This document shows, in pieces, positions 19,814-29,659 of a DNA stretch of 64,000 bases. The position numbers were made by a program, and so were the translations under genes. The DNA is taken from contig JBKBIO010000011.1 of assembly GCA_046299355.1 (NCBI GenBank), positions 56,948-120,947 on the forward strand. Reading direction: 5' to 3'. Position 1 is the stretch's first letter, and every line of letters starts with the position of its first letter. The notes below the pieces were generated by a model. That model did not search any database. It was not told the DNA's origin and was given only the letters and a program-made list of their open reading frames with translations. The stretch is from Aquabacterium sp. Its GTDB lineage: Bacteria > Pseudomonadota > Gammaproteobacteria > Burkholderiales > Burkholderiaceae_C.

Positions 19814-22252
19814 ATGCCCCCAGACATTGCCGTTGCCAAACGCTCGCTGAGCTGCCTGATCCAATCGGGCGCAGTCGCCCTGCTGACATCAGGCCTGCCT
19901 CTGGCCACGTGGCTGAGTTACCAACAGGGCGCCCCCGCCGCGGGCATCATCGCTGGCGCCGTGATCTCCGTCCTGCTGATGGGCGCCACCGTCTGGCTCA
20001 TCCGCCAACGACTGCAACATTTGGCCCAACTGGGAGACACATGGGCCCACCGCGCCCAACTGAGCGAGAACCAATGGGCCGCCGTCATGGCGCACTCTGC
20101 AGACGGCATCGTGACCCTGTCCTCCTCCGGTCACATCACCAGCGCCAACGCCGCCATCAGCCAGATGTTCGGCACCCGCCATGTGGATTTGCGTGGCCTG
20201 CACATCAGCGCCCTGATTCCTTCCGCTCCGACCGGCAATGAACTGGCCGCCTACCTGTTGGAGCACGATGAGCCATCGCACTTGAAGCGCCCCGAACTGC
20301 AGGGCAAGCGACACAACGGTCGCCACTTTCCTCTGAGTCTGTCGGTGTGTTGCCCGCAGATGGACGGAGACCATCGATTCGTCGCGGTGATCCGAGACCT
20401 CAGCGCCACCAAGTCGATGGAGCTGGCCATGAACGCGGCGCAACGGCATCTGGACACGGTCGACGAGATGCGTCGCATGATCGTGCACACGGCCCCCTAT
20501 GCCATCGTGATTTTGAACACACACGGGATCATCCAGGCCATCAATCCGGCCGGGGAGCGCTTGCTGGGCTACCCCGCCCATGATCTCGTGGGGCGATCCG
20601 ACACGCAGCGATTCTTCGATGCCGACCAGGTAGCGCACCGCGCGCACATGCTATCGGTGCGGCTCAATCGCCCCATCCACGATCTACAGGTCCTGCCGCA
20701 CTTGGCTGAACTGTCCCCAGGACACCCCTCGGAGTGGAACCTGATTCGCGCGGACGGCAGTACCGTGGTGGCAGAAATTCTGGTGCATGTGCTGACCGAT
20801 GAAGCTGGCCAACACACCGGCTATCTGGCTACCGCCCATGACGTGACACAACGTCGTCAGGCCGAGGACAAGCTGCACCACATGGCGATGCACGATGCGC
20901 TCACCGCACTGCCCAACCGCAACATGCTGCAGGAGCAACTCAAGGTCTGCATTGGCTTGGCTGAACGCAACAACCAACCCTTGGCCATGCTCTTCCTGGA
21001 CGTGGACCGCTTCAAGAAGATCAACGACACCTTGGGCCACCACATTGGCGACAGCGTCTTGATCGAGGTTGGTCGCCGCATACGCAGTGCCATGCGCACA
21101 TCCGACATCGTCGCCCGGCTGGGTGGTGATGAGTTCGGCATCTTGCTACCAAGGATCACCGCGATGAGCGATGGCATGTTGGTTGCAGAGAAGGTCCACA
21201 GCCTGTTCAGCGAGCCCTTCCGCGTGGGCCCCCATGAATTGCGTGTCAGTGCCAGCATTGGATTGGCACTGTATCCGGACCATGGCAGCGACTCCATCAC
21301 CCTCATGCGGCATGCCGATCTGGCCATGTATCAGGCCAAGAATGCCGGACGCAATCGGATCGAGGTGTTCTCGGACAAGATGCAGTCGCCCAACGCCGAC
21401 ACCCTGCTGTTGGAAAACGACCTGTACAAAGCCCTGGAGCTGGATGAACTGCGCTTGTTCTTCCAACCCCAATTCGACTGCGCGAATGGCGCCATCACCG
21501 GCGTTGAAGCACTGCTGCGCTGGGAGCATCGCGGTAAGCTGGTCCCGCCAGACGAGTTCATTCCGCTGGCAGAGGAGACCGGGCTCATCGTGGGCATGGG
21601 CGAATGGGTCCTCCGTCGGGCGTGCCAACGTGCCCAGCAGTGGCGCACCGAAACGGGCTGGCCTTTGCGCGTGGCGGTCAACCTCTCTGCCGTGCAACTG
21701 GAGCAGGCCAACATCCTGGACACCATTCAGCGGGTACTGCGAGATACCGGTCTAGCGCCTACAGCGCTCGAGCTCGAAATCACTGAAAGCGTCGTGGTGC
21801 GCGAGTCCTTGCGCGCCGCAGACATCTTGAACCAACTGCGCGCCATCGGTGTGAGCATCGCCATCGACGACTTTGGTGTGGGCTACTCCAGCTTTGCCTA
21901 CCTGCGTGAGTTGCCTGTAGATCGGTTCAAACTCGATCGCAGCTTCCTCAACGCCGTTCCAAAATCCGAAGCCGACAGCCGACTGGCCAGCGCGCTGATT
22001 GCGATGGCGCACAGACTGGACGTTGGTATCGTGGCCGAAGGCGTCGAAACGGCAGAGCAAGCCGCCTTCTTGAAGGACCATGGTTGCGACGAGTGTCAAG
22101 GCTATCACTTGGGCCGACCCATGCCTGAGTCGCAGTTTGAACAACTGCTTCATACCCACAGCCACAGCCATCGTGGCCTGATGGATACCGTGTTGGTACG
22201 CGCCCAAACACGTGCCGGGCGAGGCGCCAACGCGATGAAACAAACCGTTTAG
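19814..22252 (+). CDS. Membrane-anchored PAS-PAS-GGDEF-EAL diguanylate cyclase/phosphodiesterase
   Basis: Two N-terminal TMs, two PAS domains, RTSD I-site plus GGDEF, EALLRW, DDFGVGYSS, AEGVE, QGY. Confidence 0.95.
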   Translation: MPPDIAVAKRSLSCLIQSGAVALLTSGLPLATWLSYQQGAPAAGIIAGAVISVLLMGATVWLIRQRLQHLAQLGDTWAHRAQLSENQWAAVMAHSADGIVTLSSSGHITSANAAISQMFGTRHVDLRGLHISALIPSAPTGNELAAYLLEHDEPSHLKRPELQGKRHNGRHFPLSLSVCCPQMDGDHRFVAVIRDLSATKSMELAMNAAQRHLDTVDEMRRMIVHTAPYAIVILNTHGIIQAINPAGERLLGYPAHDLVGRSDTQRFFDADQVAHRAHMLSVRLNRPIHDLQVLPHLAELSPGHPSEWNLIRADGSTVVAEILVHVLTDEAGQHTGYLATAHDVTQRRQAEDKLHHMAMHDALTALPNRNMLQEQLKVCIGLAERNNQPLAMLFLDVDRFKKINDTLGHHIGDSVLIEVGRRIRSAMRTSDIVARLGGDEFGILLPRITAMSDGMLVAEKVHSLFSEPFRVGPHELRVSASIGLALYPDHGSDSITLMRHADLAMYQAKNAGRNRIEVFSDKMQSPNADTLLLENDLYKALELDELRLFFQPQFDCANGAITGVEALLRWEHRGKLVPPDEFIPLAEETGLIVGMGEWVLRRACQRAQQWRTETGWPLRVAVNLSAVQLEQANILDTIQRVLRDTGLAPTALELEITESVVVRESLRAADILNQLRAIGVSIAIDDFGVGYSSFAYLRELPVDRFKLDRSFLNAVPKSEADSRLASALIAMAHRLDVGIVAEGVETAEQAAFLKDHGCDECQGYHLGRPMPESQFEQLLHTHSHSHRGLMDTVLVRAQTRAGRGANAMKQTV

Positions 22253-22291
22253 TGTGAGGCCCCGCCCAACATGGCGGGATGAGGATCGCGA

Positions 22292-24649
22292 TCAGCGCAG
22301 CAAGCGCTCTGGATCGGCGTCGAGCTTGGCCAACGCATCACGCGTGGCGCGAGCGGTCAGCGGTTCTTCCTCGATCGGCACCAACAAACCGGCCTGCAGG
22401 AATGAGGCCATGCGATGCAATTGGAAGAGCACGCCACGACCACCGGGCGTCACAAACAGTGCCAATTGCTTTTGGAGACCGTGCCAAACCAATTGAACCT
22501 GTTCTTGCTTGTCTCGGTAGTCGAGCTGGAACCAAGCGCCGATTTGTAGATCACGCGCCCAGGCCATCATGGCCGGGGTGGGCATGGTCCCGCCATCGGC
22601 CACGATCTCCAAGTCATCACTTTCATGGCCCGACAGATCACGCAGCGTTTGCTCGTCGAGCTCCACATCCGCGATGTTGGGCAGGATCTCATCGAGAGCA
22701 TCAAGTCGTTCGGTCACGGCCTGCAAATGCGCGGAGGAAATCGCTGCAGAACGTGCAGAGAACGCCGCAGCCAGGGCCGCATTCAGGGCATGGATGTGTT
22801 CGTCTTGCTTTTCGACCGACAGGCCTGCACGCGCCATGCCTTCTCGCACGGTTTTGAGCAAGGGCGGCAAACGACGCAAAACATCCGCACGTTCTTCACG
22901 CGAGGTTTTGGCGCTGGCCGACCAAATCAAGTCTGCCGCAGCACGCTTGAGGGCGCGGGTTTCATCGCTGGAAGGGCTGGTTTGCACGGCACTGTGCGCC
23001 AACACATCGGCCCAAACCCGGAACAAGAACTCACGCACGCCTTCATGGACGGGCACCGTTTCGAGCATCTTGCGCAACTCGATGGTGTATTGAATCGCCC
23101 AAGTTTCGCGCTGCTCGACTTGCTGCGCCAACGAGACCCCTTTACGCGAGGCCTCGTTTTCGTCGCGGAAATACCGCTCCAGGAATTTTTCGAACTCCGT
23201 CAGAACGGTCTGAAACACACGACGCCCGGTGTCCGGATACGCCTCGACCACCTGAACGATGCGTCGGATCTCTTTGTAGAGCGAACCTTCGTCGCCATGC
23301 TCGCCCGAAGCAAAGCCCATGACGCAGGAGCCCATGCGGTCAATCAAAGCACGTGCAGGGTGACTGAGATTGGCAAAGAAATCAGGCTCACTGACCGCGA
23401 CGCGCAACACAGGCATCTGCAAGCGCGCAAACCACACACGAATGGATGCGGGCAGCCGCTCTTCCATCAGAATGCTTTGGAACAACAACGCCACCACTTC
23501 GATCGTGGCCCGCTCCACAGGGGTCGATGCGGCCTTCTTAAGTGCAGCACGACTTTGTTGGAGATCCTGAACCAGTGCGGCAGGGGTGCTACTCAAGCCT
23601 GTGGCATCGGCTACGGTATGGCTTTGAACCAGCTGTTGGGCCGCTGCAATGGCTTGACCCAGCATGGGGCTGACTGGGGTGCGCGCGCCAGCCAGTACCG
23701 CCACAGTGGGGTCAAAGTCTGGGACTTGTCGCGCCACCACCTGATTGAGCCTGCTCATGGCCACATGGGCCTGCACTGCACTCTTGCTGTGCAAAGCTTG
23801 CGCCTGCGTCAGCAAACGTGTTTCTTCGTACGCCCGGCCCAAAGGCTGCAAGCCACTGTTGGCGGATGTCGCCGGCACGACTCCAGACGCGCCGTTTCCA
23901 GGCCCCGCAGGACCCGCAGCCCCCACGCCAGCGCTGGGCTGAATGGGCTGATAAATGGGCGCCGTACTGCGCGAACGGCGAATGAAGGGGCGCAGGTCCA
24001 CTTCCGGACACACGCCGTTGTCGAGCAGCAAGCGATTGGCCTCGTGGTAGGCCTCTTGCACCCACTGCGAAGATTCGGCATGGATGACGTTTTGCAGGGT
24101 GCCCCAGTGACCCGCCGTCATGCCCGAGGCAATCCAGCTGTCCATGATCCAGCGCGCCACGGTCTGGGGCCGCAACACATCACCGGCCGCCTCAGCGGTG
24201 GGGGCTTGTCCGGCGGTGCCCGAAATGGATTGGAGGCGAGAACTCAGGTCGGTGTACTCCGAGCCTGCCATGTCCGAAATGGCCTGAGCCAGATTGGACA
24301 CCATCAAGCTGCGCTCCACCGCACTGTCGTCCACCAAGGACAACTGGCCCACAGGCCCCCAAGTGGAAGACCCCTCGATACGAGAGTCCAAAGGGCGCCC
24401 TGATCGCAAGATTTGCAGCGCGTCGTTGATGCGCTGCTCCAGCCCCAACTGCCAAGCCGACAGCGCTGGCGCGAAATCCAGGACCAGATCGCGTCTTCGG
24501 GCGTTGAGGGCAGGCTCCCCCGCTTGGGAGGCCAGACGACGCGCCCCATCCGAACACGCTAGCGCAAAGCTGGCCGCGCCCCGATGGAGCGCATCCAGGT
24601 AACTAGAGCGGGCCACAGAGGCCAGCGCGCGGTTAGGACCTAGCGTCAT
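22292..24649 (-). CDS. DUF1631 family protein
   Basis: ATIEVVALLFQSIL..LQMPVLRVA..FF....HPARALIDR and C-terminal G.WF..QL.W..LFV pattern recognised from memory. Confidence 0.85.
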   Translation of the reverse strand: MTLGPNRALASVARSSYLDALHRGAASFALACSDGARRLASQAGEPALNARRRDLVLDFAPALSAWQLGLEQRINDALQILRSGRPLDSRIEGSSTWGPVGQLSLVDDSAVERSLMVSNLAQAISDMAGSEYTDLSSRLQSISGTAGQAPTAEAAGDVLRPQTVARWIMDSWIASGMTAGHWGTLQNVIHAESSQWVQEAYHEANRLLLDNGVCPEVDLRPFIRRSRSTAPIYQPIQPSAGVGAAGPAGPGNGASGVVPATSANSGLQPLGRAYEETRLLTQAQALHSKSAVQAHVAMSRLNQVVARQVPDFDPTVAVLAGARTPVSPMLGQAIAAAQQLVQSHTVADATGLSSTPAALVQDLQQSRAALKKAASTPVERATIEVVALLFQSILMEERLPASIRVWFARLQMPVLRVAVSEPDFFANLSHPARALIDRMGSCVMGFASGEHGDEGSLYKEIRRIVQVVEAYPDTGRRVFQTVLTEFEKFLERYFRDENEASRKGVSLAQQVEQRETWAIQYTIELRKMLETVPVHEGVREFLFRVWADVLAHSAVQTSPSSDETRALKRAAADLIWSASAKTSREERADVLRRLPPLLKTVREGMARAGLSVEKQDEHIHALNAALAAAFSARSAAISSAHLQAVTERLDALDEILPNIADVELDEQTLRDLSGHESDDLEIVADGGTMPTPAMMAWARDLQIGAWFQLDYRDKQEQVQLVWHGLQKQLALFVTPGGRGVLFQLHRMASFLQAGLLVPIEEEPLTARATRDALAKLDADPERLLR

Positions 24650-24708
24650 GAAGCGGCAAACAGTGACAGACCCATGGTCTGCCTTGAATGAATCGTGTCT
24701 ACCGGACT

Positions 24709-25725
24709 CTACACCACAGCGCCGGCATGGGGATCGTTGGGATCAACGTCTTTTTTGGTGCTTTTCACCAGGTCTTCGCGCTTGACACCCAGCCACATCG
24801 CAATCGCAGCGGCCACGAACACCGAGGAATAGATACCGAACAAGATGCCAATCGTCAGCGCCAACGCGAAGTAATGCAGGGTGGGACCACCAAAGATCAG
24901 CATGGCCAACACCATCATTTCGGTGCTGCCGTGGGTGATCATGGTCCGGCTCATGGTGCTGGTGATCGCATGGTCGATCACTTCACTGGTGCTGAGCTTG
25001 CGGTACTTGCGGAAGGCTTCGCGGATCCGGTCAAAGATCACCACCGATTCGTTGACCGAATAACCCAGCACAGCCAACACCGCCGCCAACACGGACAGCG
25101 AGAACTCCCACTGGAAGTAGGCAAAGAAGCCCAAGATGATGATGACGTCGTGCAGGTTGGCGACAATGCCAGCCACCGCAAACTTCCACTCAAAGCGGAA
25201 GGCCAGGTAGATCATGATGCCGATCACGGTCACGGCCAGAGCCAGCGCGCCATCGCGAGCCAACTCGTCACCCACCTGCGGCCCGACGAATTCACTGCGC
25301 TGCAAACTCACAGGTTCGGTGGCGCCTGCCTGACAAACCTGCACCGGCCCCTTGTCGGTTTCTTTGGCCACAATCTGGCCTTTTTCGGCTTGGCACAAGG
25401 CATTGAACACCTTGGCCACCACCTCGGTTTGCTTCATTTCGCCGCGCAGAGGCAAACGAATCAGCACGTCTTGCGAGGTCCCGAAGTTCTGCACCTGTAC
25501 TTCGCCGTAGCCCAAGGACTCGACTGCATGTCGCGCGCGACTGAGGTCGGCGCTTTGTGCGTACTGCACTTCGATCAGGGATCCGCCCGTGAACTCGATG
25601 GACAAGTGCAAGCCCCGGGTCACCAGGAAAAACACCGCCGCCGCGAAAGTGAGGAAAGAAATCGCGTTGAAAATCAACGCGTGGCGCATGAACGGGATGT
25701 CACGCTTGATGCGGAAAAACTCCAT
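24709..25725 (-). CDS. secF: Protein translocase subunit SecF
   Basis: LSIEFTGG, VGPQVG, GYSVNESVVIFDRIRE. Confidence 0.98.
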   Translation of the reverse strand: MEFFRIKRDIPFMRHALIFNAISFLTFAAAVFFLVTRGLHLSIEFTGGSLIEVQYAQSADLSRARHAVESLGYGEVQVQNFGTSQDVLIRLPLRGEMKQTEVVAKVFNALCQAEKGQIVAKETDKGPVQVCQAGATEPVSLQRSEFVGPQVGDELARDGALALAVTVIGIMIYLAFRFEWKFAVAGIVANLHDVIIILGFFAYFQWEFSLSVLAAVLAVLGYSVNESVVIFDRIREAFRKYRKLSTSEVIDHAITSTMSRTMITHGSTEMMVLAMLIFGGPTLHYFALALTIGILFGIYSSVFVAAAIAMWLGVKREDLVKSTKKDVDPNDPHAGAVV

Positions 25726-25728
25726 GTC

Positions 25729-27588
25729 TTACTCCTGGGGTTTCCAGACCTGCCCAATGGACACGGACTTCAGTTTCTTGTGACGGCCATACCAGAGGTT
25801 GACCAGACCGCGCGAGAAGAACACGGCGGAGAACATCGAGGTCAGGATGCCCAAACAGTGCACCACCGCAAAACCGCGCACAGGGCCGGAACCGAAGGCC
25901 AACAACGACAGGCCCGCGATCAGGGTCGTGACGTTCGAGTCCAAGATGGTCGCCCAGGCGTTCTCGTAACCGGCATGGATGGCGGTGTGCGGTGCCGAGC
26001 CATTACGCAACTCCTCACGCACGCGCTCGTTGATCAGCACGTTGGAGTCAATCGCCATACCCAAGGTCAAGGCAATCGCCGCGATACCGGGCAAGGTCAG
26101 GGTGGCTTGCAACATGGACAACACCGCCACCAACAACAGCAGGTTGACGGACAAAGCCAAGGTCGAGAACAGACCAAACAGCATGTAGTACACCACCATG
26201 AAGATGGCGATGGCGGCAAAGCCGTAGATCAAGCTCTTGAAACCCTGCGCGATGTTTTCAGCGCCCAAGCTGGGGCCGACGGTGCGCTCTTCAATGATCT
26301 CCATGGGCGCAGCCAGAGAGCCTGCGCGCAACAACAAAGCGGTATCGGCGGCTTCTTCGGTGCTCATGCTGCCCGAGATCTGAACTCGGCCGCCACCGAT
26401 TTCGCCACGAATCACAGGCGCTGTGACCACTTCACCCTTGCCCTTTTCGAACAAGATGATGGCCATGCGCTTGCCGATGTTTTCCCGGGTCACGTCGCGG
26501 AAGATGCGCGCACCACGCGCATCCAAGGTGAGGTGAACGGCAGCCTCTTGGTTTTCATCGAAACCAGGCTGTGCATCGGTCAAGTTGTCACCGGTCAGGA
26601 GCACTTGGCGCTTGACGATCACAGGCATACCGCCGCGCTCGGCGTAACGCTCCATACCAAATGGGACAGGGCCGCCCTTCATGGCTTCGATGGCTTCCGC
26701 GCCATCTTCCACCATGCGCACCTCAAGGGTGGCCGTGCGACCAATGATGTCTTTGGCCTTGGCTGTGTCTTGCACACCAGGCAATTGCACCACCACGCGG
26801 TCGATGCCCTGCTGCTGAATCACAGGCTCGGCCACGCCCAGCTCATTGATCCGGTTGTGCAGGGTGGTGATGTTTTGCTTCAGGGCTTGATCTTGAATGC
26901 TGCGGGCGGAAGCAGGCTTGAGGGTACCGATCAGCGCCATGTCGCCGGACTCGCTATCGGTCCCGTCTGTCCATTGCAAATCGGCGACTGTGTCCTGCAG
27001 CAAATTGCGCGCCGCTTGGCGAACGGGGGCCTCGCGGAAACGAACGATCACGGTGTTGCCGTCTCGACGGATCCCGCTGTGCCGGATGTCCTTGTCACGC
27101 ATTTGCGTACGGATGTCGCCTGTGAGGCTTTCGATTTTCTGGCTGAGGGCTGCCTTCATGTCGACCTGCATCAGGAAGTGCACCCCTCCGCGCAAATCTA
27201 GACCCAGATACATGGGCTGAGCATGCAACGCACGCAGCCATTGGGGCGAGCGCGACAGCAGGTTCAGCGCCACGATGTACTGCGGGTTGGCAGGATCGGG
27301 GTTGAACGCCTTGTTGATGGCGTCGCGGGCCTTCATCTGGGTGTCGGTGTCTTTGAACCGCGCCTTGATGGAGGTGCCCTCGAACTCGACGAAGTCAGGC
27401 TGAATACCTGCCTGTTTGAGCACCCCCTCGACACGCGCCACTTCAGCCGAACTCAGCTTGATGGTGGCCTTGCCACTGGACAACTGGACAGCCGGCGCTT
27501 CACCAAAGAAGTTGGGCAAGGTGTAGATCAGGCCGACCACGAGGGCAACGGCGAGGATCAGATACTTCCACCAAGAATAGCGGTTCAT
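25729..27588 (-). CDS. secD: Protein translocase subunit SecD
   Basis: LGLDLRGG, RINELGVAEP, VGPSLG, GMAIDSNVLINER. Confidence 0.98.
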   Translation of the reverse strand: MNRYSWWKYLILAVALVVGLIYTLPNFFGEAPAVQLSSGKATIKLSSAEVARVEGVLKQAGIQPDFVEFEGTSIKARFKDTDTQMKARDAINKAFNPDPANPQYIVALNLLSRSPQWLRALHAQPMYLGLDLRGGVHFLMQVDMKAALSQKIESLTGDIRTQMRDKDIRHSGIRRDGNTVIVRFREAPVRQAARNLLQDTVADLQWTDGTDSESGDMALIGTLKPASARSIQDQALKQNITTLHNRINELGVAEPVIQQQGIDRVVVQLPGVQDTAKAKDIIGRTATLEVRMVEDGAEAIEAMKGGPVPFGMERYAERGGMPVIVKRQVLLTGDNLTDAQPGFDENQEAAVHLTLDARGARIFRDVTRENIGKRMAIILFEKGKGEVVTAPVIRGEIGGGRVQISGSMSTEEAADTALLLRAGSLAAPMEIIEERTVGPSLGAENIAQGFKSLIYGFAAIAIFMVVYYMLFGLFSTLALSVNLLLLVAVLSMLQATLTLPGIAAIALTLGMAIDSNVLINERVREELRNGSAPHTAIHAGYENAWATILDSNVTTLIAGLSLLAFGSGPVRGFAVVHCLGILTSMFSAVFFSRGLVNLWYGRHKKLKSVSIGQVWKPQE

Positions 27589-27639
27589 GATCGAGGGTTC
27601 CTCAGAACGCGAGGCGCTATGCGACCTCGCGGCGGTGTA

Positions 27640-27963
27640 TTACTTGGAGAAAGTGCCTTTGGGCAGAACTTGAATGATCGCCACGCGCTGCACTTGCAGT
27701 TCGACGTTATCGGCCACTTCGAGGTGCACAAAGGTGTCGCCCAACTTGCTGATCTTGCCGACCACGCCACCTTGGGTCACCACTTCGTCACCCTTGGCCA
27801 GCGCTTCGAGCATGGCCTTGGTTTCCTTCTGGCGCTTCATCTGAGGACGGATCATCAGGAAATACAGCGCCACGAACATCAGGATCAATGGCAGGAACTG
27901 GGCAAAACCACTGCCAGCAGCAGGTGCAGCGGCGGCTTGAGCGTAAGCGTCAGAAATAAACAC
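27640..27963 (-). CDS. yajC: Preprotein translocase subunit YajC
   Basis: YFLMIRPQMKRQK, KGDEVVTQGG, LPKGT; probable GTG start at 27963. Confidence 0.96.
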   Translation of the reverse strand: MFISDAYAQAAAAPAAGSGFAQFLPLILMFVALYFLMIRPQMKRQKETKAMLEALAKGDEVVTQGGVVGKISKLGDTFVHLEVADNVELQVQRVAIIQVLPKGTFSK

Positions 27964-28072
27964 GGCTTCTTCCTTCAAACAAAGGGCCGATGTGCCTTGT
28001 GGGCAGCACCGGCCGTAACGGCGATGATTGTATGCGTGAGGCGCACAGGCCTCGGGGAGGGCTTACGCCCGG

Positions 28073-28363
28073 TCAGATCACGTACTTGACCAGGGGGTGC
28101 CCGGTCAGTCCGCGATAGATGTTGTCGAGTTGCTCGCGACTGGTGGCTGTGACCGTCACAGTGAGACCCAGATAGGTCCCGCTGCTGCTGGGGCGCCGCA
28201 CCACCGTTGCGACATCAAAACCCGGATCATGCTGGACCACGATGGACACCACAGCCTCGACAAAAGTTTCGTTGTGCGCACCCATCACTTTGATGGGAAA
28301 TGCGCAGGGGTACTGAATCAGCGATTCTTCTGGCGGAATGGGCGGATTCACAGGTTGATTCAT
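28073..28363 (-). CDS. ybeD: YbeD/DUF493 family protein
   Basis: YPCAFPIKVMG, SSSGTY.GLTVTV.ATSREQLD. Confidence 0.92.
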   Translation of the reverse strand: MNQPVNPPIPPEESLIQYPCAFPIKVMGAHNETFVEAVVSIVVQHDPGFDVATVVRRPSSSGTYLGLTVTVTATSREQLDNIYRGLTGHPLVKYVI

Positions 28364-28379
28364 ACAAAGTCCTTATCGA

Positions 28380-29612
28380 TCACTGAACGCCCAAGCGAAT
28401 GGCATCCCAGGCGCGCCCCAACCAGCCCGCGCTGGGGACAGGCTCCAACGCCTGCAAGGGCACATCTTGCCAGGGCTGGCCTGCCAGGCTGATTTTGAGG
28501 GTGGCCACGGTTTGGCCGCGGGTCAAGGGTGCCAGCAAGGGGTCCTGACGAACCAGTTGCGTCTTCAGACCGCTGCCCTGCCCTTTCGGGACCACCACCA
28601 TGATGGGCTGCAAGCGCCCCACAGGCACCTTGGACGAAGCGCCCTTCCAGACAGGGGCATCCACCACCGACTGGTTGGCCGAAAACAGCTTGATGACATC
28701 GAAGGCGCCGTGCCCCCAATTCAGCAACTTTTGCCCCTCGGAGGCGCGCGACTCGGGCGAAGACGTGCCCACCACCACCGCAATCAGCCGCCGGGATGCG
28801 CCACCTAGCGTGCGCTGGCTGGTCACGGCCAAGCCATAACCAGCCCCTTCCGCGTAACTGGTTTGCAGACCATCGATGGTGGGGTCGCGCCACAGCAGCA
28901 CATTGCGACTGGGTTGTTTGACACCACCCAGCGTTGCTTCTTTCAAACTGAAATAGGCCAGGCTCTTAGGGAAGTCCGACACCAGGCGCGCAGCAATCAT
29001 GGCCATCTCACGCGGTGTGCTGAAATGCCCGGCCACCACGCGCCCCTCTGGGTTGCGAAACTGCGTGGCTTTTAGACCAAATGCCTGCGCTTGGCGGTTC
29101 ATGCGCTCCACAAAAGCATCCACCGACCCCGCCAAGCCTTCGGCCAGCGCCACGGTGGCGTCATTGCCGCTGTGAACGATCATGCCCTTGAGGAGATCGT
29201 CCACGCTAACCTCTGTGCCCGCAGCCAAATGGCTGCGCGAGCCGCTGTTCAAGCCGGTTTTCCAGGCCAACTCGCTCACCGCCCACTTTTGCTGCGCTTG
29301 CAATTTGCCAGCGTCGATGGCTTGGAACACCAAGTAAGCCGTCATGAGCTTGGTCAAGGACGCGGGCTCGATACGCTGATCGGCTTGCCTGGCTGCCAAG
29401 GTCTGCATGGAAGCCAGATCTTGCAAGACATACGCACGCGCTGCGACCTCTGGCGGCTGAGGTAAACCCAGCGGGGGCTCCGCAAAACTCAGACTACCGG
29501 CACGGCTTTGCGCCCACGCCGAGGCACCAAACGGCAAGGTCAGCACCATCAGACAGGCCGCGACCATACGACGGCGCCAGATCGATCGACAAGAGGACAG
29601 GGTTTGAAACAT
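28380..29612 (-). CDS. dacC: D-alanyl-D-alanine carboxypeptidase homolog with degenerate KTG motif
   Basis: SLTK and SGN intact; DGLQTSY in place of DGLKTG; syntenic with ybeD. Confidence 0.88.
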   Translation of the reverse strand: MFQTLSSCRSIWRRRMVAACLMVLTLPFGASAWAQSRAGSLSFAEPPLGLPQPPEVAARAYVLQDLASMQTLAARQADQRIEPASLTKLMTAYLVFQAIDAGKLQAQQKWAVSELAWKTGLNSGSRSHLAAGTEVSVDDLLKGMIVHSGNDATVALAEGLAGSVDAFVERMNRQAQAFGLKATQFRNPEGRVVAGHFSTPREMAMIAARLVSDFPKSLAYFSLKEATLGGVKQPSRNVLLWRDPTIDGLQTSYAEGAGYGLAVTSQRTLGGASRRLIAVVVGTSSPESRASEGQKLLNWGHGAFDVIKLFSANQSVVDAPVWKGASSKVPVGRLQPIMVVVPKGQGSGLKTQLVRQDPLLAPLTRGQTVATLKISLAGQPWQDVPLQALEPVPSAGWLGRAWDAIRLGVQ

Positions 29613-29659
29613 GGGGGGCAAGTGGGGGCGCAGGCGCCAATCTCAAGGTTTCAGGCCAC

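Noticed and set aside
22625-24403. 592-aa ORF antisense to the DUF1631 gene (likewise 668-1861, 13770-15221, 41125-42618, 53235-55034)
   Set aside because: Antisense shadow frames with no domain signatures.
24688-27201. 837-aa ORF antisense to secD/secF
   Set aside because: Shadow ORF of high-GC codon bias; no recognisable motifs; fully overlaps well-supported genes.
27609-27630. Hairpin between yajC and secD as a REP element
   Set aside because: No second copy seen in the window; more likely a local mRNA structure.
14653-28038. ATGCGTG present at both ends of the rearranged block, as a target-site duplication
   Set aside because: Only 7 bp; one copy includes the lipB start codon and the other abuts the yajC -10 box; chance is likely.
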